A stretch of DNA of 64,000 nt from a virus (lineage: Duplodnaviria; Caudoviricetes), in the IMG/VR virus record IMGVR_UViG_2595698952_000001, positions 64,001 to 128,000 of that record. One strand, written 5' to 3'. The position numbers and the translations under genes are program-made. The notes below the pieces were generated by a model. The model had not been told where the DNA came from. It was given only the letters and a program-made list of their open reading frames with translations, and made no database searches. Shown here piece by piece: positions 1 through 9,182 of the stretch; position 1 is the stretch's first letter, and every line of letters begins with the position of its first letter.

Positions 1-793
1 TGTCAGACTGGTCAAACGTGGCATCGGATTTTACCCACACCAGATTGCTACAGTCGTCACAGTGCTGCCTGAAGAACTTGTTGATGCTGAGCGTTTGGTG
101 GAAACCGTTCAGCGTGTTCAGCTCGGTCAACTGATCGTGCATTTTGTTGTACCCGTACATGAAGTTCATGACGAGATCCTGGTTAAGCGGCTTAGGCATG
201 AAGTTATCAAACATCACACGGTAACCGTTTAAGCGGTAATGGTACAACGACTCGTGGAGTTTCAACAGGTCGTAGAACCAGTGCTTCGGTGCTAACTGGG
301 CACGGGTAATCACCGACCATAACGTGATGTTGTCCAGCGCGTCAAACACCTCGAAAGCATCGTAGCGACGCTCCTCAGCGATACGCAGCAACGGACGTTC
401 GGATTCTGCATAGCCGTCAAAGGAGACGAAGATGCGATCCATTTGCTCAAGCACCGGCAGCTGGGCCGGGGTCAGTCGCAGACCGTTGGTGTACATTTCA
501 TGCTGTAGGTGCGGATAACGTTCCTTCAACTCAGCCATAAAGTCCTGGATTTTATTGAACGCCAACAGGGGTTCACCGCCCGTCCAGTTAATTTGCTGAA
601 TAGTAGGATGCGCTTCCAGCGTTTCAAACAGCTTCTCTCTTTGGATGTCGCGCGCACTGTCTTTGACATCCATATACCCAACACCGCCACAGAAGCTACA
701 ATCGAGATTGCACTTCGAGGTGGTGACAATCGACAGCTCCATCGGAGTTGACGAAGGGTCGCGACGAATAGCCGACACAGCTTCTTCACTCAT
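1..793 (-). CDS. Radical SAM enzyme (3' end runs off the window); candidate peptide/protein maturase
   Basis: Manual translation from ATG at 793 (GGAG RBS upstream): MSEEAVSAIRRDPSSTPMELSIVTTSKCNLDCSFCGG...INWTGGEPLL...EMYTNG...FVSFDG...HCDDCSNLVWVKSD. Has the CxxxCxxC, GGEP, TNG and SxDG motifs. Not in the supplied ORF track. Confidence 0.93.
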   Translation of the reverse strand, partial: MSEEAVSAIRRDPSSTPMELSIVTTSKCNLDCSFCGGVGYMDVKDSARDIQREKLFETLEAHPTIQQINWTGGEPLLAFNKIQDFMAELKERYPHLQHEMYTNGLRLTPAQLPVLEQMDRIFVSFDGYAESERPLLRIAEERRYDAFEVFDALDNITLWSVITRAQLAPKHWFYDLLKLHESLYHYRLNGYRVMFDNFMPKPLNQDLVMNFMYGYNKMHDQLTELNTLNGFHQTLSINKFFRQHCDDCSNLVWVKSDATFDQSD

Positions 794-809
794 TGCAGAT
801 TTACTCCAG

Positions 810-1697
810 TTATTCGAAAGTCAGCTTGAACAGCGGGTCATCTTTGATGTCCACACCCGTCTTTAACACGAACGGGTCGTTATAAGCATCAAGGATCTGG
901 TTCAGAATAGCCTGACGGTCATTCACACGCCGTAAGTCATCTAACGTGACCGTGCGAGCATGGAAGGCAGACACTGCGGTTTTCTCTTCAGCCGTCAGTT
1001 CTACTTTCGTCAGCAGGAACGCTACCAGTTTGTTCAGGTCTGCTTCGGTTGCAGGTGCTTCACCGAACTGCGTCTGCACCAGGTACTGCATCCACGGTTT
1101 GCGGATACGCTTGGTGATGTCGTGTTCGTCAAAGATTGCTTCGAATTGTTTCTCAGCCGGGTTCCAGACAAACTTGTAGCTGTAGGCCAGCAGGTCAAGC
1201 ATGTTGGTGATGCCGTGCTTTTCAAAGCCAACGATAGGGTAATACTCTTCGACACCGGTATACTGCTCAGTGTCTTGCGTTACCTGCGTAAACCAGCCAG
1301 GCATAGACCCCATGTAGTCCCAGCTCCATTCACGACGTGCCATTGGTTTCAGGCCACTTTCGCTAAACGGAATCAGGAACATTTCCAGGTCAACCACCTG
1401 GTTCAATACCGCATCGCTCAGGAAATATTTCCCATCCACTAAGCGACCTTTCACATCTTGCTCACCGGCCGTGATGTGAATGTGCTGCACGCTACGACCC
1501 GCTAACGTATAATCGGCTTCCACCGTATAGTTCTTCGGGTTAGCCAGCTCACGTCCACGAACCTTTGGCCACTCCCCTGGCAACTGACTGATCAGTCGCA
1601 CCTGGTCTAACAAGTGAAATTTCACACTGTCGTACAGGCTGATATGCAGTGGGAAGTTTTGCGTTGTCTTAAACGCAAGGTGTAGATCGTTCTTCAT
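810..1697 (-). CDS. Hypothetical protein (295 aa) between the Cys-rich genes and the radical SAM gene
   Basis: Long ORF with AAGGGG RBS and short gaps on both sides; no Cys and no recognised motif. Confidence 0.85.
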   Translation of the reverse strand: MKNDLHLAFKTTQNFPLHISLYDSVKFHLLDQVRLISQLPGEWPKVRGRELANPKNYTVEADYTLAGRSVQHIHITAGEQDVKGRLVDGKYFLSDAVLNQVVDLEMFLIPFSESGLKPMARREWSWDYMGSMPGWFTQVTQDTEQYTGVEEYYPIVGFEKHGITNMLDLLAYSYKFVWNPAEKQFEAIFDEHDITKRIRKPWMQYLVQTQFGEAPATEADLNKLVAFLLTKVELTAEEKTAVSAFHARTVTLDDLRRVNDRQAILNQILDAYNDPFVLKTGVDIKDDPLFKLTFE

Positions 1698-1707
1698 TTA
1701 AGTCCCC

Positions 1708-1914
1708 TTATCGGTTCCCCGCTCCGTGACTACAACCACCGCTACATGTCCAGCTACAAGACCCGCCGCAGTTATAGTGCGATAACGGTAACCCAGAAAG
1801 GTTGTTAGTCGTGCTAACCGTCCCCTGGGTTGCGATGAACGAGTTAGCGTCCGCCGTCTTGATATAGCCTTCCACTTGCACCATTTTGTCACGGATGTTT
1901 TTGAGTGAAATCAC
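1708..1914 (-). CDS. Short Cys-rich precursor-like protein C (68 aa, 4 Cys)
   Basis: GTG start after GGGGG; MISLKNIRDK leader and HYNCGGSCSWTCSGGC core, paralogous to the two upstream genes. Confidence 0.85.
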   Translation of the reverse strand: MISLKNIRDKMVQVEGYIKTADANSFIATQGTVSTTNNLSGLPLSHYNCGGSCSWTCSGGCSHGAGNR

Positions 1915-1958
1915 ACTAACCCCCAAATTTGTAAAAAGTTAACTGGGAGACGAGGGCG

Positions 1959-2357
1959 TTACCGCGTTGGCCCGGAACAACCGGAACAACCAGAGCAGCT
2001 TGAGGAACATGAAGAAGAACAACCTGTTGAACACGTTCCTGAACAGCCGTTTGCACAGCCTCCTGAACATGCACCCGAACAGCCCGTACAGGTCGAAGAA
2101 CAACCCGAAGTACAGCTGGACGAACAACTTGCCCCACACGTTCCCGACGCAGAACCTGAGCACCCACCGGAACACGATGAACATGTCCAACTACAGGTAC
2201 CACCACAATCATAATGCGCACGCGGCTGGCCGCCAAACAACGTCGAGTTGTTCGTGGCTTTATTGCGAATATAGGTCTGCACCCCTGCCGCGTTTTTCAA
2301 TGCGGTATTATCAATACTATTCAGACGGTTCTGAATATCTTTTAGGTTGATAGCCAT
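1959..2357 (-). CDS. Cys-rich CxxxC-repeat precursor-like protein B (132 aa, 20 Cys)
   Basis: ATG 2357 with AGGAG RBS; MAINLKDIQNRL leader, then HYDCGGTCSWTC followed by C-x2/3 Ser/Gly/Thr repeats. Confidence 0.88.
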   Translation of the reverse strand: MAINLKDIQNRLNSIDNTALKNAAGVQTYIRNKATNNSTLFGGQPRAHYDCGGTCSWTCSSCSGGCSGSASGTCGASCSSSCTSGCSSTCTGCSGACSGGCANGCSGTCSTGCSSSCSSSCSGCSGCSGPTR

Positions 2358-2368
2358 GATGTCTCCTA

Positions 2369-2752
2369 CTACGGCCCAGAGCAGCCAGAACAGCCTGTAC
2401 AGCTCGATGAGCACGACCCCGAGCACCCGCTACATTTACCGGAGCACCCGCCGGAGCAACTGCCTGAACAACCTGAGCAACCCGAACACCCGGTAGAACA
2501 ACCGCCCGTACAGCTGCCGGTACACGTCGATGTACACGTTCCCGAACAACTGGTACAACTTGCCGAACACCCGTTAGAGCACGACCAGCTACACGTACCA
2601 CCACAATCTAATTGACCCGGTGTCCAACCCGCAAAGCGCTCTTGCGCGTTATACGCTTGCGAGGCAACTTGCGCATCAACGCGAGGTCCGGTGGCGACAT
2701 TGGCTTCCACTATTTGCAGGCGGTCGCGTATGTTTTTAAGTGAGATTGCCAT
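2369..2752 (-). CDS. Cys-rich CxxxC-repeat precursor-like protein A (127 aa, 21 Cys)
   Basis: AAGGA RBS; MAISLKNIRDRL leader, then QLDCGGTCSWSC followed by C-x2/3 repeats. Confidence 0.88.
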   Translation of the reverse strand: MAISLKNIRDRLQIVEANVATGPRVDAQVASQAYNAQERFAGWTPGQLDCGGTCSWSCSNGCSASCTSCSGTCTSTCTGSCTGGCSTGCSGCSGCSGSCSGGCSGKCSGCSGSCSSSCTGCSGCSGP

Positions 2753-2769
2753 ACGTTTCCTTTAAGAAT

Positions 2770-2803
2770 AAAAAAGAGGACACTGCCATAAAGACAGGTC
2801 CTC
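2770..2803 (-). terminator. Putative intrinsic terminator between the fibre gene and the Cys-rich genes
   Basis: Minus strand GAGGAC-CTGTC-TTTAT-GGCAG-T-GTCCTC followed by TTTTTT. Confidence 0.6.
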
Positions 2804-2818
2804 GTGTTTTTAAAAAGT

Positions 2819-4018
2819 TTAGCGTGTACCAGCTTCTGCTTGTACGTCGTCGCGAGTCGTGAGACTGTTGTTGACGTGAACCGCAGCTTGCACCACACCA
2901 CCGTACGTCTTGTGGAGGTAGTTCGGGTGTGGGTTGTCCGCTGCAACGTGGTTCGCCAGGTTCTGGTTTGCCTGCGAGATAGCGTTGGTATTGTTCGTGA
3001 TGCGAGTGTTCTGTGCGGTAATCTGGGCTTGCAGGTTATCAATCTTCTGTTGGAAGTCTTGACCTTGCGATTCCAAATCACCGACACGCTGCGTTAACGC
3101 GTTCAGGGCAGACTGCAAATCATTGACAGCTTTCTGCAATTGCAACACCAGGGAGTTGAGGTTCGCCAAGGCGAGCGACATCTTCTGGTAGTTCTGCGCC
3201 ACGGTGTTCAGCTGGTCATTCCATGCCACCAGAGATTGCACCACCGCATCGATACGGGCACCCAGTGCGGTATCGGCGGTTTTCAGTGAGGCAATTTCTT
3301 TTAAGGTGTCATCAATCTGCGTTTGAACCGCGGCAATCAGTGCACGAATCTCAGTTTCCGTCAGACCGTTGATCTGGTGAATATTGAGACTGTGGACGTT
3401 GCCTTGTGCATTAACGTGCGCATTCAACGCATCAAGGAAATCTTGTTTCAGACCGTCGATGATGCCTTTGATTTGTTCGAGCTGTACCGCCGACCCGGAG
3501 TTAATCGCGTCTTTGATGCCCGACAGTACCGTGATGATAAACTCGAACCCGTAGATATCACCCACGTCTTTAAACGTAGGTGCTGACGGGAACGTATCCG
3601 GTACGTTACGCAAGTCTTTGAAATCAACCGTACGGTCTTCCAATTTCAGCTCTGCAATCGCCTGAGTAATGGCAACAACGTTTGCTGACTGTGGACCGCC
3701 GATGACCTGAGCCGAGATAGTGATGTCGGTTGGAATAGCAGAGTTGGTGACCACCACCCCCATCAGGATTTCTTGGTTCTTGGTAAGCTTCTCGTACGCC
3801 GGGTGAGCGAAGATCAGCTCATAGTCCGTCCCACGTTTATAGAAGGTACCGGGTTTGTTCGTTGCAGCCAGACGAAACGACTCCGCGTAAAACGGCCCGT
3901 CTGGGAATGCAAAGGCCCGGTTAACCTTACCGGAACCTAACGTGACTCGCCGAGTGACAGCGTTCGACGTCAGTGTCCCCTTTAGGTCAAACGGGTACTG
4001 ATATACAATAGCGGCCAT
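2819..4018 (-). CDS. Virion structural / tail-fibre-associated protein with coiled coil (phiKZ-like YPFD family)
   Basis: Start moved to ATG 4018 (AGGAG RBS); N-terminal YQYPFDLKG...GPFY...RGTDY shared with neighbours; long heptad region; HxxxxNPH fibre motif. Confidence 0.75.
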   Translation of the reverse strand: MAAIVYQYPFDLKGTLTSNAVTRRVTLGSGKVNRAFAFPDGPFYAESFRLAATNKPGTFYKRGTDYELIFAHPAYEKLTKNQEILMGVVVTNSAIPTDITISAQVIGGPQSANVVAITQAIAELKLEDRTVDFKDLRNVPDTFPSAPTFKDVGDIYGFEFIITVLSGIKDAINSGSAVQLEQIKGIIDGLKQDFLDALNAHVNAQGNVHSLNIHQINGLTETEIRALIAAVQTQIDDTLKEIASLKTADTALGARIDAVVQSLVAWNDQLNTVAQNYQKMSLALANLNSLVLQLQKAVNDLQSALNALTQRVGDLESQGQDFQQKIDNLQAQITAQNTRITNNTNAISQANQNLANHVAADNPHPNYLHKTYGGVVQAAVHVNNSLTTRDDVQAEAGTR

Positions 4019-4061
4019 AGCCAAACTCCTTTGATTGGGGCGTCCGTGCCCCACAGCGCTG

Positions 4062-7000
4062 TTAAGACTTGAACATAAGATTGACCTGAATCTCGTCCAA
4101 GTCAACCAGCGAGTTACCTCCAGCGTATTCGCAGGCCACTGTCAGAGTCAGCGTTCCGGAATTGTAACTGGCAACAAACGGAGGGTTCAGAGCATCTTTC
4201 CCGGTGTTGAGTACCACCGCCGGTTCAGAAGGCAGATTCGGGATGACCAGCTCACGCGCTACCCGCACCACACCAAAGCTCGACGTCAAATCGCTCAATG
4301 CGTACAGCATGAACGGGGTATCAACATCAGTCTGACGGAACACGGTACCGGTAGTGGTGTCCACCACCTGTATCGCCAACATCTTTGTCTTCAGTGTTTG
4401 ATACTGCGCCGCAGTCAGTTCCGCAGACAAGGTGGCGACAAACTCCACCCCAGCTGGAAGACCCGAACCGGTGACGTTCACGAGGTCTGGGCCGGTGGCA
4501 AACAGTATCTCCGCAGCAGATGGATTCACCCCAGACGTCAGGCAATATTTGAACATCGGAATGCCGTTCGGTACCGCGTAACGCAGAGTAATCTGGCGGG
4601 CCGGATCACCAATATTCCCCGGCACCGTAAAGCGTAGCCTTGCCACAGCCACGTAGGTTTCCCCAGCGACATGTGGCACAGACTCAGCACCGATCCACTT
4701 CATGTTAAAACTGGCCGCGCGTGCGTTGTCTGCTGTTACAGCAGCCGTCTCAACCGGAGGTTTCAACCAAAAGCGTTCAGAGACATTCACCAGATCTTGC
4801 CAACGCGTGGCACCAAATCCGCTGTAGCGTTTCTGGATAGGCAGCGCAGGGCGGGTTTGGCGTGTAATCCCTTTGGACAGCTCTTGTCCATCGGCATACC
4901 CGGCCGTGCCCGAGCCCGGTGTCGCTAACGGCACTTTGCTCAATTGCGCCATTGACCCGATACGGGCTTCACGGGCAGCAGACACATCGTGACGGTTGGC
5001 GACCGCGGCGTGCTCTACCAACTGCTTGACGTTACCGAAACGTTTCACCTTATCAAACGTCGACAGGGTAATGCGTTCACTGTCCGTCACTACCGTACCG
5101 ATATACAGCTGGGTATCGCTGTCCGGTTCCTGTTGCTCCAGCAGACGGTATTGCGGAACACCGTTGACCAACGCAGCGTGCATGTAGAACGTGCGGTTCT
5201 GGTAGTTGGTTGGGTACAAGTCACGGATATCAGAACTGTATTCGCCCAACGTGTAGTACGCCGAACCGAATCGCAGTAACTCTTGTTCCGTGATGTACAA
5301 CGCCCACCCCTCCGCAGTCTTCGTACCGGCAAGGATGTTATCCTCAGGTGTCCCGGTACGGAAATTACGGACGGTGTTCTTGTAGACACTGGCGGCAAAG
5401 TACAACCCATTAAACAGCCATTTCGTCATCCCGATATAACCGGTCTCGGGCATCACCACAATGTCGACTTCATTCGAAGACGGGTTCATGGAAATGAGCG
5501 AGTTCGTCCAGCCCCCGAAAGTCGTATCACACGACAACAGGAAAGAACGCCAGCGACTGTCTCCAACCACCCCCATTCGGTACAACGCCCCCAGGAACAA
5601 CACATATCCATCGTCACGCTGAATCAACTTCGAGTTCGTGTACTGGTCGTGTGCCAAAGAGATACCGGCATCCGGGTCGCGATAGTTCTCGACAACCGGT
5701 GTCAACATCGTGGTACCCAACTGCACGTTCCCGTTGGTCACCGACATCGGTAGTTTCCACACCCAGGTAAAGGTGTGGGTTACCAGCCGACTGGTGTTGT
5801 CCCACATGCGCACAGAGGCCATGGCGAATGCCGCATTTAACCCACCGACATCAAACACTTGCAGCTTGGTTAATGTTTGCACGACTAACTCATCGTTCCA
5901 CACCGGCACCGCTGCCGCGATTGCGGCATTCAATGCAGCCCAAGTTGCATCTGTTACCGTGATACGATCTGCGGTAAAGGTGGACGTCCCAGTCACGGTC
6001 TTGTACGGGAAAGACCCTGCCTCGGTAATGACACGCCCGTTGATGTACAGCTGGCCATCTTTCCAGATATTCGGCGAAGACAGCAAGGTTCGGTAGTCAG
6101 GGTCGGTCACCGCGATACGCGCATTGTCTGGCCCCCAACCCGGATAGTCCGGGAAGTAGCGAGACGACTGGGTATAACGGAGCTGGATAACCTCTGCGGC
6201 CACATTGAGGTGTCGCATCAATACCGTGTTGGCAGTCCCACCGAGGTGGATAAGCCCACGCATGTATTGCTGATACACCGACCCTACTGCACCCCCCACG
6301 GTAGCGTTTGCGGTTTCGATAAGCGTTGTGCTGCTACCGAGTAAATCGTACAAACTCGTGTTCGGTGCAGGGCTGATACCGATACGTGGCGGGTTGTTTG
6401 AATAAACATCACAGAAGGAGTTCATCAACAAACCTGAGGACAGGAAGACCCTGTTCGTCAGCGCCACACCTTTGTTACGGTTGGTCACCGAGGGCAGAGG
6501 CTGGGCATTTGGGAACTCAATCTTGTTCTCGGTTAATGCGATCGGGAAGATTTTGTTCTCAAGCGTCAATAACCAGTTCTCCGTGTTAAGGGAGAGTGAT
6601 ACCGACCAGGCATCTGTCCACTGTGCTGAGGTATTATCGGAGAAGTACCCGTGCATCTCTGCACGCAACCGCACCATGTTCACCTGTGAGGCTGAATAAA
6701 ACGAAGGGAGGTAGTTAACCGCATTCCCGTTCGGCCAACGGGCTTTCCCCTCCGCGGTACGGTAGGCCAGGAACTTGGTTGTGGCATCATCGCCATAACC
6801 GCCTTCTTGTACAATCAGCGCCACGTCGCCGTCTTTGTCTGGGTAATTGAAATTAATTACCGGGATAGTCGAACTGTTTTTACTGCGCAGTTCGCTTAGA
6901 CTGATACTCCAACCGCCAACGGTAAAGCGGGTGTTGTTGACAATAGACATCAACACAACCACACGACCTTTGGTCACCGTCACTGTCGAATACTGACGAT

Positions 7001-9092
7001 AATCTTTAAAGGCGAGGGTACTGCCGTTCGACCGGACACAATCGGGCAATGTGATCTGGTACACGTCGTTGTGGGTCGCGTAGTTCATCGTCCCGTTGAA
7101 CAACACCAGATAGAACAGCCCATCGCTCGCCTCAAAGATAGCGGCGTCAGAATCCCCAACCACTACACGCGTCAATACCACACCAGGGAATTTACTCATC
7201 CCAGCTGGATGGTACGGGAACGTCGTGGGGTAGTTCTTCAGGAAATTATTAGACCCCCCAATAGACGCATACCAGTAATAGACCCGTCGGGTGTCTTCTG
7301 GCCCATCGCTGCCGTTACGCAGTACATAGACGTTACCGCCTTCGTAACGGGCAACCGCCCAGTTATTGGAACGGTCGTAGCCAAAGCCCGCGTAGTTACT
7401 GACGGTAGGAATAGGCAGGAAACTCGGGTTACCGTATTCCGCACCCCCGACTGTCCAGGATGGCAGTAAGGTGTTCACCTTCTCATTCAGCGACTTGATA
7501 GACTGGTCGATAGCGTACCCCTGTTTCGAGGTCACCATCTTATCATCGGTCGAGTCAATCGCATCCCACAGCTTCACCAGACCACTGACAGACGTTGACC
7601 CGTACGGGACGTTGTCCAAATCAGCGAGGGTATGCGTGTGGTCTGTTTTTGCCTTACTCGCCAATGCCGCAGTTAGTGCTTTGGTAACCGGCTTCTCTAA
7701 CGGGGCAGTGTTGTCCATTTTGTCGATACCGAAATCGGTTTTCGTCAAGGTCAACACTTGTTTCCCATCAGACCCTTTCACAAACTTCTTGCCGTTGATG
7801 CTGTAAGTGTCATCAACGTACAAGTCCAGTTTGTTTTTCAGGTCATTCACCGCTTTCTGCGAAATAGCAGCACCGGTGGCTACTGAGTTCGAGATATTGG
7901 TAATAGAGAACAGACCCGCCACCGCCGTCGTTGCGGTAGGCAGTTCCACGTTCATGTACACCCGGTTGGTGTCTTTCCCGCTACCGTAAATCTTGAGCGT
8001 ATCGCTCGATTTAAAGTAGGCGTTCGCCGGTAACAGTTTCACCGAGGTCAGATACATCCCGACCATCTCCGGCGTCACCAGATACACAGAGTTAAACACC
8101 GGGGCCAAGACATCGGCTGCTGCACCGGAGTGTACCCAGAGGGTATTCAGGCCCGCAGAGAACTCTACCCCGATGCCAGGGTCGTTGTTGTCCTGGTCAG
8201 CTTTCAAGACCAGCGGTTTCGGCGAGGTAATAATGAACTTCTCGCCCTTCATGCTGATCAGGTGACCTGCGGTGGTCTGGAAAGTAATCGCATCGTTGTT
8301 CAGAACACGCAGACGTCCCAGTAAATCCCCCAGGGTGTTATCCATCAGCAGGTCAACGTGGGCTTGTGAAATGCCCGAGGTGGACATCAACGTCACCAGC
8401 TCTGCCAAGGTACGGCCGAAGGCTTTCGTCGCGTCTACGGCCTTCCCAACGACCGGGAGCGCCCCTACGTCAGTGGTGGTGTAACCGTGGGCATTACTTT
8501 TCAGGTGGTGCTGGTACATCTCCTGCTCGAACACGGTGTTACCGTTCTGGTAAATCATGTCGGTCAGTTCAGTAAAGGCACCGTCCAGCTCACTGGCACG
8601 CTCGAGAATACCCAGACGAATATCTTCCAGCGCTTTCACCACTTCATCACGCAGAATCGCCTCATCCAGATTCTCTGGCGGGTCGATAGGTGAGATAACC
8701 GGGGCGTACTTCATTAACTCTGACCAATCCACGTTACGCGGATCGGGCAAGTCGGTTTTGACCAGGTACTTACCAATCTCTGACTGAGGTAGGCGATATT
8801 GACGCCCCACGGCCAGGAACTCGTAATCCACTTCGGAGGCAGTCAGTAGGATGAAGCCCCCGTAGATTTGGTCTTGCTCAGCTTCGGCCAGCTCTTTGAA
8901 ATAGTAACCGAGATAGTAATCCAGACCCTCAATCAGGGTGCGTTTACCGCCGGGTGCTGTTGCATCCTTAACGGTGAGTTTCAGACCAATACGGTAGAAA
9001 GGCCCTTCGGCAGGAATCACCGCATTGTATTTGTTCGGGTACGTTGCGGTCTTAAGCGTACCGTTAAACTGCGCCGCATCTTCTCTCGGCAT
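4062..9092 (-). CDS. Large tail fibre / baseplate fibre protein (about 1676 aa)
   Basis: ATG 9092 with AGGAG RBS; GPFY...EGLDY N-terminal domain; ATTAVAGLF, LTKTDFG..NT..EKP and HTH fibre repeats. Confidence 0.8.
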   Translation of the reverse strand: MPREDAAQFNGTLKTATYPNKYNAVIPAEGPFYRIGLKLTVKDATAPGGKRTLIEGLDYYLGYYFKELAEAEQDQIYGGFILLTASEVDYEFLAVGRQYRLPQSEIGKYLVKTDLPDPRNVDWSELMKYAPVISPIDPPENLDEAILRDEVVKALEDIRLGILERASELDGAFTELTDMIYQNGNTVFEQEMYQHHLKSNAHGYTTTDVGALPVVGKAVDATKAFGRTLAELVTLMSTSGISQAHVDLLMDNTLGDLLGRLRVLNNDAITFQTTAGHLISMKGEKFIITSPKPLVLKADQDNNDPGIGVEFSAGLNTLWVHSGAAADVLAPVFNSVYLVTPEMVGMYLTSVKLLPANAYFKSSDTLKIYGSGKDTNRVYMNVELPTATTAVAGLFSITNISNSVATGAAISQKAVNDLKNKLDLYVDDTYSINGKKFVKGSDGKQVLTLTKTDFGIDKMDNTAPLEKPVTKALTAALASKAKTDHTHTLADLDNVPYGSTSVSGLVKLWDAIDSTDDKMVTSKQGYAIDQSIKSLNEKVNTLLPSWTVGGAEYGNPSFLPIPTVSNYAGFGYDRSNNWAVARYEGGNVYVLRNGSDGPEDTRRVYYWYASIGGSNNFLKNYPTTFPYHPAGMSKFPGVVLTRVVVGDSDAAIFEASDGLFYLVLFNGTMNYATHNDVYQITLPDCVRSNGSTLAFKDYRQYSTVTVTKGRVVVLMSIVNNTRFTVGGWSISLSELRSKNSSTIPVINFNYPDKDGDVALIVQEGGYGDDATTKFLAYRTAEGKARWPNGNAVNYLPSFYSASQVNMVRLRAEMHGYFSDNTSAQWTDAWSVSLSLNTENWLLTLENKIFPIALTENKIEFPNAQPLPSVTNRNKGVALTNRVFLSSGLLMNSFCDVYSNNPPRIGISPAPNTSLYDLLGSSTTLIETANATVGGAVGSVYQQYMRGLIHLGGTANTVLMRHLNVAAEVIQLRYTQSSRYFPDYPGWGPDNARIAVTDPDYRTLLSSPNIWKDGQLYINGRVITEAGSFPYKTVTGTSTFTADRITVTDATWAALNAAIAAAVPVWNDELVVQTLTKLQVFDVGGLNAAFAMASVRMWDNTSRLVTHTFTWVWKLPMSVTNGNVQLGTTMLTPVVENYRDPDAGISLAHDQYTNSKLIQRDDGYVLFLGALYRMGVVGDSRWRSFLLSCDTTFGGWTNSLISMNPSSNEVDIVVMPETGYIGMTKWLFNGLYFAASVYKNTVRNFRTGTPEDNILAGTKTAEGWALYITEQELLRFGSAYYTLGEYSSDIRDLYPTNYQNRTFYMHAALVNGVPQYRLLEQQEPDSDTQLYIGTVVTDSERITLSTFDKVKRFGNVKQLVEHAAVANRHDVSAAREARIGSMAQLSKVPLATPGSGTAGYADGQELSKGITRQTRPALPIQKRYSGFGATRWQDLVNVSERFWLKPPVETAAVTADNARAASFNMKWIGAESVPHVAGETYVAVARLRFTVPGNIGDPARQITLRYAVPNGIPMFKYCLTSGVNPSAAEILFATGPDLVNVTGSGLPAGVEFVATLSAELTAAQYQTLKTKMLAIQVVDTTTGTVFRQTDVDTPFMLYALSDLTSSFGVVRVARELVIPNLPSEPAVVLNTGKDALNPPFVASYNSGTLTLTVACEYAGGNSLVDLDEIQVNLMFKS

Positions 9093-9111
9093 TGCAAAGA
9101 CTCCTACTTTG

Positions 9112-9146
9112 AAATAAAACGGATACCCCACCCCGGAGGGTGGGGT
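9112..9146 (-). terminator. Putative intrinsic terminator between fibre genes
   Basis: ACCCCACCC/GGGTGGGGT hairpin followed by a T-rich tract on the minus strand. Confidence 0.55.
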
Positions 9147-9182
9147 TACCTACGGACGCAAAACGTCCGCAGACGTTCCGTC

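Noticed and set aside
509-866. Short ORFs 509-751, 526-789 and 645-866 in the ORF track
   Set aside because: They are shadows of the radical SAM frame (ATG 793), which was omitted because it has no stop inside the window.
1916-2604. Val/Arg-rich and Asn-rich ORFs overlapping the Cys-rich genes
   Set aside because: Alternative-frame products of the low-complexity Cys/Ser/Gly codons; no RBS and no paralogous leader.
1960-2620. Repetitive DNA as a possible CRISPR array or tandem repeat
   Set aside because: No constant repeat-spacer structure; the periodicity is explained by protein-level CxxxC repeats.
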